From Caldisericota bacterium (GTDB lineage Bacteria; Caldisericota; Caldisericia; JAAYUI01): a stretch of 64,000 nucleotides of DNA. Position numbers and translations under genes: made by a program. Under the pieces are notes generated by a model. The model ran no database searches, was not told the DNA's origin, and saw only the letters and a list, made by a program, of their open reading frames with translations. The stretch spans positions 32,001-96,000 of the forward strand of contig JAKPMO010000002.1 in NCBI GenBank assembly GCA_029548865.1, given 5' to 3'. Positions 39,353 through 53,851 of the stretch are shown piece after piece. The stretch's first letter is position 1. Every line of letters begins with the position of its first letter.

Positions 39353-40909
39353 ATGGGTACAATGAGAAAAATATCATTTGTTGTTTTTTGTCTGGCCGCC
39401 GTGATTTTGCTGGCAGGTTGTACAGCAAAAGTCGAGTCACCGCTCGCTTCAAAGCGTCCCCTTGAATTCTCCAATGTAAACGGGACTGCTTTTTCTTCAA
39501 AGATGATTGTTTCTTCGGGCCAGCTCCCATTGGCTTTTGAAATCAATTTCAGAAAAACTTCGGGCACACTAAAATACAGGATCGAAACTCCATCTGGAAA
39601 AACCATGCAAGAAGGTGTCCTCCTTTCAAACGCCGAATTCCAGAAAAACCAGAGTGAAATCGAGAGGGCAACCTGGGGCATCTTTACATTTGCCAAAACA
39701 TCTGAAGAACCAGGTATTTTTAAGGTCGAGGTGTTGGGTGAAAACGCTTCCGGCATTGTCCAGATAAACCCCAAATATGATACTGGGTTCACAAATTTTA
39801 CTGGAATAGCATCAGAAGCTATCCAGGAAGCAAAGGACCCCTCGCAAAAAATTAACTTCAGCTTCCACGGGGCCTATGAAAGCGGCACTCTTACCGCAAA
39901 GGTTTTTGCCCCAGACGGCAAACAGCTCTATACGGCCAGAATTTCATCGGGACAAAAACTTGACAACCCTGTCGTTTTCAGTCAGAAGGCTGGGCAGACA
40001 GGAACTTTCAGGGCAATAATCGAATCAGAGAAGACAACCGGTCAGGCTGTTGCCATAAGCTACACTGAGGAAGAAATCCCCTGGGTAGCTTCGCTAAGGC
40101 CAATACTTTTCCTTTTGCTTGCCATTGCTGCGATTGTGAGTGTTGGCAAGAAAAATATGCGTGTGATGGTTTGGGGCGCCATGATTTTCCTTGTTTCAAA
40201 CTTTGTGGGCCAGATCATTGGCGAGATTGCCAGGGGCAACATCGCAAAGTTTATAAACAGCCCATATAGTTATCTTGTTCCAACGCTCTCCGGCGTTGCC
40301 ATAATAGCAATCATTGTTGTAATAGGACTCTATTTCTCCAGGTCAATAGCCGAGATGAAGACGATAACCCCAAGAGAGCTGTATGGTTTTGCAGTGGGTT
40401 ACATAATGGTCGAGCCATTGCTGTCAGCGTACACTGGCTTCACAAGCCTTTTTGGAATTGGCTCCAGCAATGTTCCTGTCATGTATGGAGCACCACTGCC
40501 AGGTGTCTATCCTTCAACCTCGCTTGCCATCTATGATCTGACTGTTCCTTTTCTCCAGAGAGGGATGGGAATGGTGATAACACTTGCTCTTGTGATCTGG
40601 GTCCTCTGGTCTTTCAGAAGGCAGACGCACGAAGGAATGAAAACCTGGGCCGTTTTTACTCTGGCGATAGTTGCAAAGATTGTCCTGGATGTACTGATGT
40701 CCTACTTCAATGTTCTTCCAGTGCTTGGGGTCAGCCAGGCCAGCATGCTGGAACAGTTTCCGTTTGTTTCATCTGTTACCCAGGGTATTGTCATAACTTT
40801 AATCATTTTTGTAGGTTTTTTTGCCGTGCTGCTATACCGCCAAAAGCTGGCCAGGCTCTCCCAGGAGGCCTGCGCTGTGACCATTGACCAGCTCCGCGCG
40901 CAGAAATAG
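39353..40909 (+). CDS. Lipoprotein-signal protein with extracellular beta domain and multi-TM C-terminus resembling YhfC/PrsW-like family
   Basis: Lipobox LAGC; about 7-8 TMs; WGAMIF, GFAVGY..VE, LQR, LAIVAK..LD spacing. Confidence 0.65.
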   Translation: MGTMRKISFVVFCLAAVILLAGCTAKVESPLASKRPLEFSNVNGTAFSSKMIVSSGQLPLAFEINFRKTSGTLKYRIETPSGKTMQEGVLLSNAEFQKNQSEIERATWGIFTFAKTSEEPGIFKVEVLGENASGIVQINPKYDTGFTNFTGIASEAIQEAKDPSQKINFSFHGAYESGTLTAKVFAPDGKQLYTARISSGQKLDNPVVFSQKAGQTGTFRAIIESEKTTGQAVAISYTEEEIPWVASLRPILFLLLAIAAIVSVGKKNMRVMVWGAMIFLVSNFVGQIIGEIARGNIAKFINSPYSYLVPTLSGVAIIAIIVVIGLYFSRSIAEMKTITPRELYGFAVGYIMVEPLLSAYTGFTSLFGIGSSNVPVMYGAPLPGVYPSTSLAIYDLTVPFLQRGMGMVITLALVIWVLWSFRRQTHEGMKTWAVFTLAIVAKIVLDVLMSYFNVLPVLGVSQASMLEQFPFVSSVTQGIVITLIIFVGFFAVLLYRQKLARLSQEACAVTIDQLRAQK

Positions 40910-40918
40910 GAGGACTAA

Positions 40919-41269
40919 ATGTACATTAACTGGTGGTTTTACTCTTTCTGGTTTATCGTGTGTTTTGCGTTTGCCATGTTCTTGCTCCCTTTGATAGTAA
41001 AAGCGTTTTCAGGCGAGAAAGTACCAACCCAGGCAAACCTTTATGCTGTTATTACAACGACATTGTTTACGTTGTTCATGTTTTCGTTGTTTGGACAGGG
41101 CTATCTCTGGATGGTTATTTTCAATGTTCTTCTCCTTGTCTTTTTCCAGTTCTGGTGGCCAATCCAGGGACAGAGCAAGTTTAAGGCTTGGGGCATTTAT
41201 GCCGCTACAAATTGTGTTTTTCAAATTTTTATATTTTGGCTTTTCATACTAGTAAAACTTGGAGCTTGA
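40919..41269 (+). CDS. Small integral membrane protein
   Basis: AGGAGG RBS; about 4 hydrophobic helices. Confidence 0.75.
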   Translation: MYINWWFYSFWFIVCFAFAMFLLPLIVKAFSGEKVPTQANLYAVITTTLFTLFMFSLFGQGYLWMVIFNVLLLVFFQFWWPIQGQSKFKAWGIYAATNCVFQIFIFWLFILVKLGA

Positions 41270-41273
41270 AAAA

Positions 41274-42905
41274 ATGAAACTGATTAAGGAAATTGCTGGC
41301 GTCCTCGGACTCACTGAAGATGACATAGAACTTTACGGCAAATACAAAGCTAAAATCTCCTATGCCACTGCAAAAAAGTACGGATCAGAAAAGAAAGGCA
41401 AACTGATCATTGTCACTGCAATCAACCCCACTCCATTCGGGGAAGGAAAGACAACCACCTCGATAGGTCTTGGTGATGCATTGAGGAAGATTGGTCTGAA
41501 TTCAATAATTTGCCTCAGGGAGCCTTCGCTTGGCCCCTGCATGGGTGTGAAGGGTGGCGCTGTTGGTGGAGGAAAGTCGCTTATAGTGCCAAGTTCCGAC
41601 ATCAACCTCCACTTCACTGGTGACATTCATGCGGTTACAACGGCAAATAACCTTCTCTCCTCGATAATTGACAACTTCATTAAGTACGACCTTGAGCCAA
41701 ATATTGATATAAGGCATGTCCCGTGGAAAAGGTGCGTTGACCTCAATGACAGATGTCTTAGGGAAGTCATTGTCGGTCTTGGAGGGCAGACAAATGGTGT
41801 TGTAAGGGATGAAGGATTTGTTATTTCAGTAGCTTCTGAAATCATGGCGATCCTTTGCCTTTCTGATGATCTTGCCGATCTTAAAGTCAGACTTGGAAGG
41901 ATTGTCTGCGCCTATGGAAATGACGACAAGCCGATAACGCCAAAGGACCTGAAGTGTGTTGGCGCGCTTGCCGCACTGATGGCAGAAGCGATCAAGCCAA
42001 ACCTTGTACAGACAATTGAAGGCACCCCTGTGTTCATACATGGTGGCCCATTTGCGAATATTGCCCACGGCACGAACTCTGTCATAGCGACAAGACTGGC
42101 CCTTGGCCTTGGCGACTACATTGTCCAGGAAACCGGCTTCGGTGCTGATCTTGGATGCGAGAAATTCCTTGATATTGTTGCTCCAAGCAAGGGTCTACCA
42201 CCGGATGCCATTGTAATAGTGGCCTCGACAAGGGCACTCAAGTACAATGGCGGAGTTGGCAAAAAGACTGTCCTGGAGCCAAACGAGCAGGCCATAAGAC
42301 TTGGATTTGCAAACCTTGCCAGGCACATTGAGAACATCAAAAAGTTTGGAATCACGCCGCAGATTGCCATTAACAGGTTCCCTACAGACCTTGATTCCGA
42401 GCTCCAGTTGATCTGCTCGCTGTGCGAGCAGATGGGTGCAAGCGCCGCAATAATCAGTAACTATGAGCAGGGCGGCCAGGGTGCCATTGGTCTTGCAAAG
42501 AACGTTGTTGAGGGAATAAAAAACAATCCGCCAAACTACAAGCCAATCTACGACTACTCGCTCCCGATAAAAGAGAAGATTACGGCAGTTGCAAAGGAAA
42601 TCTATCGCGCAACAAAGGTGAATTTTACTTCCAGAGCCTCTTCCGACATCAAGCGCATTGAAGAGATGGGCTACGGCAATCTACCAGTTTGCATGGCAAA
42701 AACCCAGTACAGCTTCTCTGACAACGAGGACCTTCTTGGTGCGCCAACAGGTTTTGAAGTCACCGTGAGGGAAGCAAAGGTCTCTGCTGGTGCCGGATTT
42801 GTGGTTGCGATATGTGGCGATATAATGCTTATGCCTGGTCTCCCCAAAGAGCCGGCCGCCGAGCACATTGACGTAGACGACAACGGCGTTATAACTGGAA
42901 TCTGA
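41274..42905 (+). CDS. fhs: Formate--tetrahydrofolate ligase
   Basis: TAINPTPFGEGKTTT, KGGAVGGG, HGGPFANIAHG, CMAKTQYS, MPGLP. Confidence 0.97.
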   Translation: MKLIKEIAGVLGLTEDDIELYGKYKAKISYATAKKYGSEKKGKLIIVTAINPTPFGEGKTTTSIGLGDALRKIGLNSIICLREPSLGPCMGVKGGAVGGGKSLIVPSSDINLHFTGDIHAVTTANNLLSSIIDNFIKYDLEPNIDIRHVPWKRCVDLNDRCLREVIVGLGGQTNGVVRDEGFVISVASEIMAILCLSDDLADLKVRLGRIVCAYGNDDKPITPKDLKCVGALAALMAEAIKPNLVQTIEGTPVFIHGGPFANIAHGTNSVIATRLALGLGDYIVQETGFGADLGCEKFLDIVAPSKGLPPDAIVIVASTRALKYNGGVGKKTVLEPNEQAIRLGFANLARHIENIKKFGITPQIAINRFPTDLDSELQLICSLCEQMGASAAIISNYEQGGQGAIGLAKNVVEGIKNNPPNYKPIYDYSLPIKEKITAVAKEIYRATKVNFTSRASSDIKRIEEMGYGNLPVCMAKTQYSFSDNEDLLGAPTGFEVTVREAKVSAGAGFVVAICGDIMLMPGLPKEPAAEHIDVDDNGVITGI

Positions 42906-42914
42906 GGAGGCACA

Positions 42915-43766
42915 ATGGAAATCCTTCTTGACGGCAAACTGCTTGCCGAAAAAATGGACGCAGAATTTGCTCTAAGAGTGGAGAAAATCCGCAAAAACGG
43001 TCTTCCGGTCAAGCTGACCGCCATTCTTGTTGGCAACGATCCCGCCTCCGAAACGTATGTCAGGATGAAGGGTAAAAGGTGCAACAAACTCGGCATGGGT
43101 TCAGAAACAATCAATCTTCCGGAGGGAACAACCCAGCAGCAACTGCTCGAGCTGATTGACAAATTGAATAAAGACAAGGAAACAACAGGCATCCTGACTC
43201 AGCTGCCATTGCCAAAACACATCAATGAGCAGGTGGTCCTTGAGGCAATTGACCCTTCAAAAGACGTTGATTGCTTCCACCCGTACAATGTTGGCAGGCT
43301 CTCCATCGGGTCACCGGTTTTCCTTCCGGCAACACCGGCTGGAATAATCGCCCTTCTTGAGAGATACGGTGCAACCCTTTCCGGAAAAAGGGCCGTTGTG
43401 ATTGGCAGGTCGAATATTGTTGGAAAGCCTGTTTCAATGCTGCTTCTTTCAAAGAATTGCACGGTCACCGTCTGCCACTCGAAAACAGCCGATCTCCCCA
43501 GCGTTGTGAGGGAAGGGGACATTGTGGTCGCAGCAGTTGGCAAGGCAGAGATGGTCAGGGGCGACTGGATAAAGCCGGGTGCCTGGGTCGTTGATGTAGG
43601 CACCAACAAGCTCGAAGATGGCAGACAGGTCGGAGACGTGGCATTTGATGAAGCAAAAGAAGTTGCATATGCAATTTCTCCAGTTCCAAAGGGCGTTGGG
43701 CCAATGACAATCACGATGCTCATGGAAAATACAATCAGATCAGCGGAGTTGAGAGCAAACTTTTAA
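42915..43766 (+). CDS. folD: Methylene-THF dehydrogenase/cyclohydrolase
   Basis: QLPLP, KDVDCFHP, GRSNIVGKP, PVPKGVGPMT. Confidence 0.97.
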   Translation: MEILLDGKLLAEKMDAEFALRVEKIRKNGLPVKLTAILVGNDPASETYVRMKGKRCNKLGMGSETINLPEGTTQQQLLELIDKLNKDKETTGILTQLPLPKHINEQVVLEAIDPSKDVDCFHPYNVGRLSIGSPVFLPATPAGIIALLERYGATLSGKRAVVIGRSNIVGKPVSMLLLSKNCTVTVCHSKTADLPSVVREGDIVVAAVGKAEMVRGDWIKPGAWVVDVGTNKLEDGRQVGDVAFDEAKEVAYAISPVPKGVGPMTITMLMENTIRSAELRANF

Positions 43767-44608
43767 TGAAGATAGGCATCTTCATCAGAAAAATCACAGA
43801 GTCAATCGTCATGACTGCGATTGACTCTGTAAGATGGCTGCAAGACAGGGGGATCAGTGTCAGCGCCCCGGAGGATGTTGCAGTCCATCTTGGCATGAAC
43901 GCAGACCCTGATTTTCCTAAGGGGTGTGATTTGGTGCTTTCGCTTGGTGGTGATGGCACCCTGCTGAGGGCAATCCACAAAACGGCCCCGTATGCAATCC
44001 CCGTGCTTGGTATAAATCTTGGCCATCTGGGTTACCTGACCGAAGTTGAAGGCTCATGGCTCAGGAATTCCCTCATCAGAATTATCTCCAACCAGTACGA
44101 TCTGGAGCGCAGGTTCATGATAAGGGGTACCCTCATGAGAGAGGGCAAGGAGCTCCTCACGATTGATGCTGTAAACGATATATATCTTTACAGAAACATT
44201 CTCTCCCAGGTGGTCGATGTTGAAGCGTACGTGGGCGAGGAAAAGGTTTCAACAACAAGGGCTGATGGTCTTATTGTCTTTACCCCCACGGGATCGACAG
44301 CTTATGCACTTTCTGCTGGCGGACCAATAATTGACCCCGAATGCGAAGTCATAGGGATGATCTCCATATGCCCACACAGAATAGACCAACGCCCGATAAT
44401 AATCCCGAACAGCAAACCCTTGAGGCTTGTTTTTGACATGTCTTATGGGCCAGCATCCATTTTTGCCGACGGAGACATTGTTTCCCAGCTTCGTCCGCAA
44501 GACGAGCTGACTGTGACAAGGTCACCGTATAACGCCGTTTTTGCAAAATTCGGCCAAAAAGAGTTCTATAGGGTCCTTCAAATAAAATTCAACTGGGGAA
44601 AAAGATAG
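43766..44608 (+). CDS. nadK: NAD(+) kinase
   Basis: LGGDGTLL, GINLGHLGYL, TPTGSTAYALSAGG. Confidence 0.96.
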   Translation: MKIGIFIRKITESIVMTAIDSVRWLQDRGISVSAPEDVAVHLGMNADPDFPKGCDLVLSLGGDGTLLRAIHKTAPYAIPVLGINLGHLGYLTEVEGSWLRNSLIRIISNQYDLERRFMIRGTLMREGKELLTIDAVNDIYLYRNILSQVVDVEAYVGEEKVSTTRADGLIVFTPTGSTAYALSAGGPIIDPECEVIGMISICPHRIDQRPIIIPNSKPLRLVFDMSYGPASIFADGDIVSQLRPQDELTVTRSPYNAVFAKFGQKEFYRVLQIKFNWGKR

Positions 44609-44611
44609 GCG

Positions 44612-50188
<5,577 letters not shown>

Positions 50189-50297
50189 TGCCTCCTCAAG
50201 AAGAAGATATTACCATCTAAGAACACAAGGTCAACACAATCTCTTGACATTGGGCGGTTTTCAGCGGAAACTCCACTAGAAAGAAAAGGAGAGAAAA

Positions 50298-50612
50298 ATG
50301 ATAAAAGAAGTCAGATTTGACATCGGTTGCGAAAACCTTGAAAAGATGCTCGAGTTTTACAAAAAACTTGGCGCAAAAGAAATTTCCAAAGAAGATGATT
50401 TTATCGCTCTCGAAATTGGCAATGTGAAGTTCGCCCTGTGGAAGGCTGAAGAAGACCAGCAGGGAGTTGGATTGACTTTTGTCAGCGACGACTATGAGAA
50501 AGAAAAGGCACTCCTGAAAAATGAAAAAGCAGTCATTGAGGAATGGGAAGACTGTAACATGGTGCTTTTTGAGGACCCGGACACCAACGCAATGTCTCTG
50601 CTTGGGGAGTAG
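50298..50612 (+). CDS. VOC/glyoxalase-like protein
   Basis: NLEKMLEFYKKLG and FEDPD.N motifs; AAGGAG RBS. Confidence 0.75.
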   Translation: MIKEVRFDIGCENLEKMLEFYKKLGAKEISKEDDFIALEIGNVKFALWKAEEDQQGVGLTFVSDDYEKEKALLKNEKAVIEEWEDCNMVLFEDPDTNAMSLLGE

Positions 50613-50618
50613 CCTTAG

Positions 50619-51242
50619 CTAGATAGATTCAAAAATCATCCTGCGTTCAACAGGGGAGAATGGCTCTTCTCCCCCAAGTGCTTCTTTCAGCAGCATCGAA
50701 ACAGTGTTTATTTTGTCCTCCCTCACCAGAAAGGAAACTTGGATATTCTCACCAAAGCTGGTTTGGGGGGACTTGTCATATTCACGGACCAATTTTTCTA
50801 TCTTCGCCCATTCCCTGTAGCCAATGGTCCCGTTCATCAATGAAAATGGTGCCATTCTGCCCATTTTTGCAGACAGGACGCAGGACTGGGCGGCCTCTGA
50901 ATAGGCCCTTGTGAGACCGCCTGTCCCAAGAAGCGTTCCACCAAACTTTCTCATCACGACAATCCCACAATTTATCAGGTTCTTGCGTTGCAAGACATTC
51001 AGTATGGGTCTGCCGGCTGTTCCGGAAGGTTCACCATCGTCGCTTGCCTTTTCAACAAGCGTTGGGTTCCTGAGCCTGACTGCACTGCAGAAATGGCACA
51101 TTTCCCTGTTTTTCTGCCTGAGTTCCGAAATGAAACCCTCAAACTCCGCAAGCGATTTTGAGGGGACAAGAAACGAGAAAAATTCGGACTTCTTCTCCTC
51201 AAGGTAGCCTTCCGAGCGCCAGGCAACGGTCAGTTCTTCCAA
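50619..51242 (-). CDS. YigZ/IMPACT family protein
   Basis: EKKSEF, SDDGEPSGTAGRP, RKFGGTLLGTGGLTRAY. Confidence 0.93.
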   Translation of the reverse strand: MEELTVAWRSEGYLEEKKSEFFSFLVPSKSLAEFEGFISELRQKNREMCHFCSAVRLRNPTLVEKASDDGEPSGTAGRPILNVLQRKNLINCGIVVMRKFGGTLLGTGGLTRAYSEAAQSCVLSAKMGRMAPFSLMNGTIGYREWAKIEKLVREYDKSPQTSFGENIQVSFLVREDKINTVSMLLKEALGGEEPFSPVERRMIFESI

Positions 51243-51251
51243 ATGTATCCT

Positions 51252-52067
51252 TTACGACCTCTCTATCACATATTTGTTTATTGGTACAGCTGCAACCATA
51301 CACAAGATGGTCTCGGGAACAAGGTGTATGGCTATGTAAATTGAGGTGTAGCCCAGTATGCTGTATCCTGGCCATGCGAATGTGTAGAAGAACAGCATCC
51401 CGGACAGCAAGTGGGCAAGAAAACGTGCAAATGCACCAATCGCAACACCACCTGCTGGCGACCATGCCCCACCCCTCTTTGCGATCAGGAACCCTGGAAC
51501 GAGCAACCCAAGCATTATTGCCAGTGCAACAAATTTGTCCCAGGAATACCCGCCCTCAAGCACCAGGTCCAGTATGAACCCGCCACAAACCAGCAGTACC
51601 AGTCCGCCTATTACCCACAGGAGCGTTTTTTTCTCGCCACCCGTTTTCCACAGCCCAGCCAGACCGACAAGCCCCCATGCTACCGGATAATCAAGCAGAA
51701 ATTGTGGCAGATTGTAGAATAACGGGTCTGGAAAATATTGGAGACATCCGGCAATAACACCGGTGATAACTCCGGGCACAACCCCTTTCGTCAATGCCAC
51801 AACAACCACCGGCACCATTGCCAGCGAGATTGTTCCGCCTTCCGGCATCCTGAAGAATGGAAAGTAGCCAAATACCAGCGACAATCCGGAGCAAATTCCA
51901 ACGATTGCAATCGTGTGGACATCCCATTTGTATTTCCGTGATGCAATAATGAGGAATACAAAAAAAGCCAGAATTGCCAAAGTGATAAGGAAGTTGAAGG
52001 AGTTGAAATAGCTGGCAATTTTCTCGAAGAGGCCCGTTTGGGCCACAACACCAGAATCACTAAGCAT
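51252..52067 (-). CDS. thiT: ECF-type thiamine transporter S component
   Basis: RMPEGGTIS, QFLLDYP, RFLAHLLSG..FF..FA; directly downstream of TPP riboswitch. Confidence 0.9.
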   Translation of the reverse strand: MLSDSGVVAQTGLFEKIASYFNSFNFLITLAILAFFVFLIIASRKYKWDVHTIAIVGICSGLSLVFGYFPFFRMPEGGTISLAMVPVVVVALTKGVVPGVITGVIAGCLQYFPDPLFYNLPQFLLDYPVAWGLVGLAGLWKTGGEKKTLLWVIGGLVLLVCGGFILDLVLEGGYSWDKFVALAIMLGLLVPGFLIAKRGGAWSPAGGVAIGAFARFLAHLLSGMLFFYTFAWPGYSILGYTSIYIAIHLVPETILCMVAAVPINKYVIERS

Positions 52068-52107
52068 GCAAAAGCCTCCTTTTAAATTATCAGGAGGGAG
52101 GAAGGTC

Positions 52108-52190
52108 CCATTCCCTGCGCTGGTATTACCCAGATCAGGTCTTGCGGGTCGGGCTTTTCGCCCATCTCAGCCTTCACAGCACCCCGATGG
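52108..52190 (-). ncRNA. TPP (THI-box) riboswitch
   Basis: Minus strand CCATCGGGGTGCT..GCTGAGA..GACCC..ACCTGATCTGGGTAATACCAGCGCAGGGAATGG matches the TPP aptamer consensus. Confidence 0.96.
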
Positions 52191-52271
52191 TTATTAAGAC
52201 ATTTCCTTGTTACATCCAGAAGGGGGCTGTGTCAAGAAAGTGTGGTCAGGCTATTTTTGAGACGGTCAAAT

Positions 52272-52304
52272 AAAAAAGCCTCTCCATCTAAAGATGGAGA
52301 GGCT
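52272..52304 (-). terminator. Intrinsic terminator after tetR operon
   Basis: AGCCTCTCCATCT/AGATGGAGAGGCT inverted repeat with T-tract on minus strand. Confidence 0.88.
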
Positions 52305-52317
52305 GGACATCTTTTGG

Positions 52318-53064
52318 TTATCTTGCTTTTGTGCCTGTCTTTGGGGTTATGGTTATTGTGGGTGGTTCATCAGAGCTGGACTTTGCGCCTGTGCTTGGTG
52401 TTATGGTTATCGGAGGCGTGTTGGGGTTTGGCAACAGTTTGTTTGATTCAATCTTGAATTTGAGCACTGGGGGTGTCTCAAATGAGTAAACGCCGCCTTC
52501 TTTGCTATCTTTAATATGATATGTTACCGTTGTATCGCCTTTCATGATGTGAGGTGCCGGGTTTGTATTTTCATAAACGAAGTAAGTGCTCTCTTCGCCG
52601 TTTTCTTCGATTTTGTACGTCACTGTTGTGTCGCCTTCCATTTTTTCAGAGGAAGGAACAACGATCGTGTTTGGCTGCTCTGGCATAGGTACCGCCTCAT
52701 AATTGAACATTCCGGTTGGAGGTATGGCATCATTAATTTTAAAATTGAATGCATTGTTTGCCGAAACATCGGGCAAAGTTGTTGTTACGGTCCCTATGGA
52801 ACTCACCAAGTATTCATTTTGGTTCTTGCCGATATTTGTAGTCACAAGGGCCACGGACAATCCGATGATTGCAACGCCCATTGCCCCAATGATCATTGGC
52901 GAAACCGAGACAGTCTTCTTGAGCGATTTTGAAAACCAGCTCGGGCCTGCGGGTCTGTATTCAAACATTTCCGTTGCGATCTTTCTTGCCGCTTCCTTGT
53001 CAAGGCCCTGTGTTTTTACCATGTGTTCTGCGAGTTCTTCTATTCTTTCGTCTCTTTCGTTCAT
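52318..53064 (-). CDS. Hypothetical single-TM protein with internal repeats
   Basis: GAGGG RBS; one TM; two GDTTVTY and two PP..ITP.TG repeats. Confidence 0.75.
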   Translation of the reverse strand: MNERDERIEELAEHMVKTQGLDKEAARKIATEMFEYRPAGPSWFSKSLKKTVSVSPMIIGAMGVAIIGLSVALVTTNIGKNQNEYLVSSIGTVTTTLPDVSANNAFNFKINDAIPPTGMFNYEAVPMPEQPNTIVVPSSEKMEGDTTVTYKIEENGEESTYFVYENTNPAPHIMKGDTTVTYHIKDSKEGGVYSFETPPVLKFKIESNKLLPNPNTPPITITPSTGAKSSSDEPPTITITPKTGTKAR

Positions 53065-53087
53065 TTATTTTCCCTCACTTTCCTTTT

Positions 53088-53702
53088 TTACTTTCTGACC
53101 ATACGCATGTAAAAACCAATTAATTCCTCACCTTTGTTTTCGATAACAGAACCACCAGGTGCAAAGAGGTCCCTGTTTGAGAGGTAGTAGTAAATAAGGC
53201 TGGTCCAGCAATTGAAGGCCAGGTGCCCCGGCAGGTCCTTAAAAATCCAGTTTGTGACCCCCTTCTTCAATCCTCTCTGGAAATGGTGCGAAACAACAGA
53301 CTGGATGCCTATGAGGACGTTTCTTGCATCACTCGGGAGCCTCGATATTGACGAGACCAGTTGTGCATAAAAAGGCTCGTATTCCCCGATGACCTTGAGG
53401 TCGGCCCTCAGTATCTTTTCAAGGTCGTTCTCCTCTTTTACGAGGTTGTTGAATTTTTCGACAATCTGCGAGCCATACTCATTGATGACCCTTACCAGAA
53501 GGTCATCCTTTTTGGGAAAATGGGCAAAGATCGTGCCGTATGAAACATTTGCCGCTTTGGCGACATCCTGGACGTTTGTGTCGGCAAGGCCTTTGTCCAC
53601 AAATTCCCTCAATGCAGCCTGGAGAATGTTGTTCCTCGTGTTCTCTTTCTGCTGCTTCCTGTTCGTTGACTCACCAGTCATTGATTCATTAGTCATTGAC
53701 AT
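53088..53702 (-). CDS. TetR/AcrR family transcriptional regulator (start uncertain: 53702, 53696 or 53681)
   Basis: ILQAALREF..G...T.VQDVAKAANVSYGTIFAHFPKKDDL HTH. Confidence 0.93.
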   Translation of the reverse strand: MSMTNESMTGESTNRKQQKENTRNNILQAALREFVDKGLADTNVQDVAKAANVSYGTIFAHFPKKDDLLVRVINEYGSQIVEKFNNLVKEENDLEKILRADLKVIGEYEPFYAQLVSSISRLPSDARNVLIGIQSVVSHHFQRGLKKGVTNWIFKDLPGHLAFNCWTSLIYYYLSNRDLFAPGGSVIENKGEELIGFYMRMVRK

Positions 53703-53737
53703 GTGAGTCATCATAATCGTCAATTTTGATTTGTCAA
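53667..53737 (-). promoter_or_regulatory. tetR promoter with three tandem palindromic operator-like boxes
   Basis: TTGACA-N16-TATGAT on minus strand; TGAY-N6-GTCA at 53667, 53682 and 53697. Confidence 0.7.
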
Positions 53738-53851
53738 GTTTTTTAAGGAACGCCCTGTTTGCTTACTATTGTTTTAAGTTTCACGGCATTGTTTTTAAAA
53801 TATGGAACTCTTAGAACAAAATCATTGAAAACTGGTGGAGGAGGGAATTTG

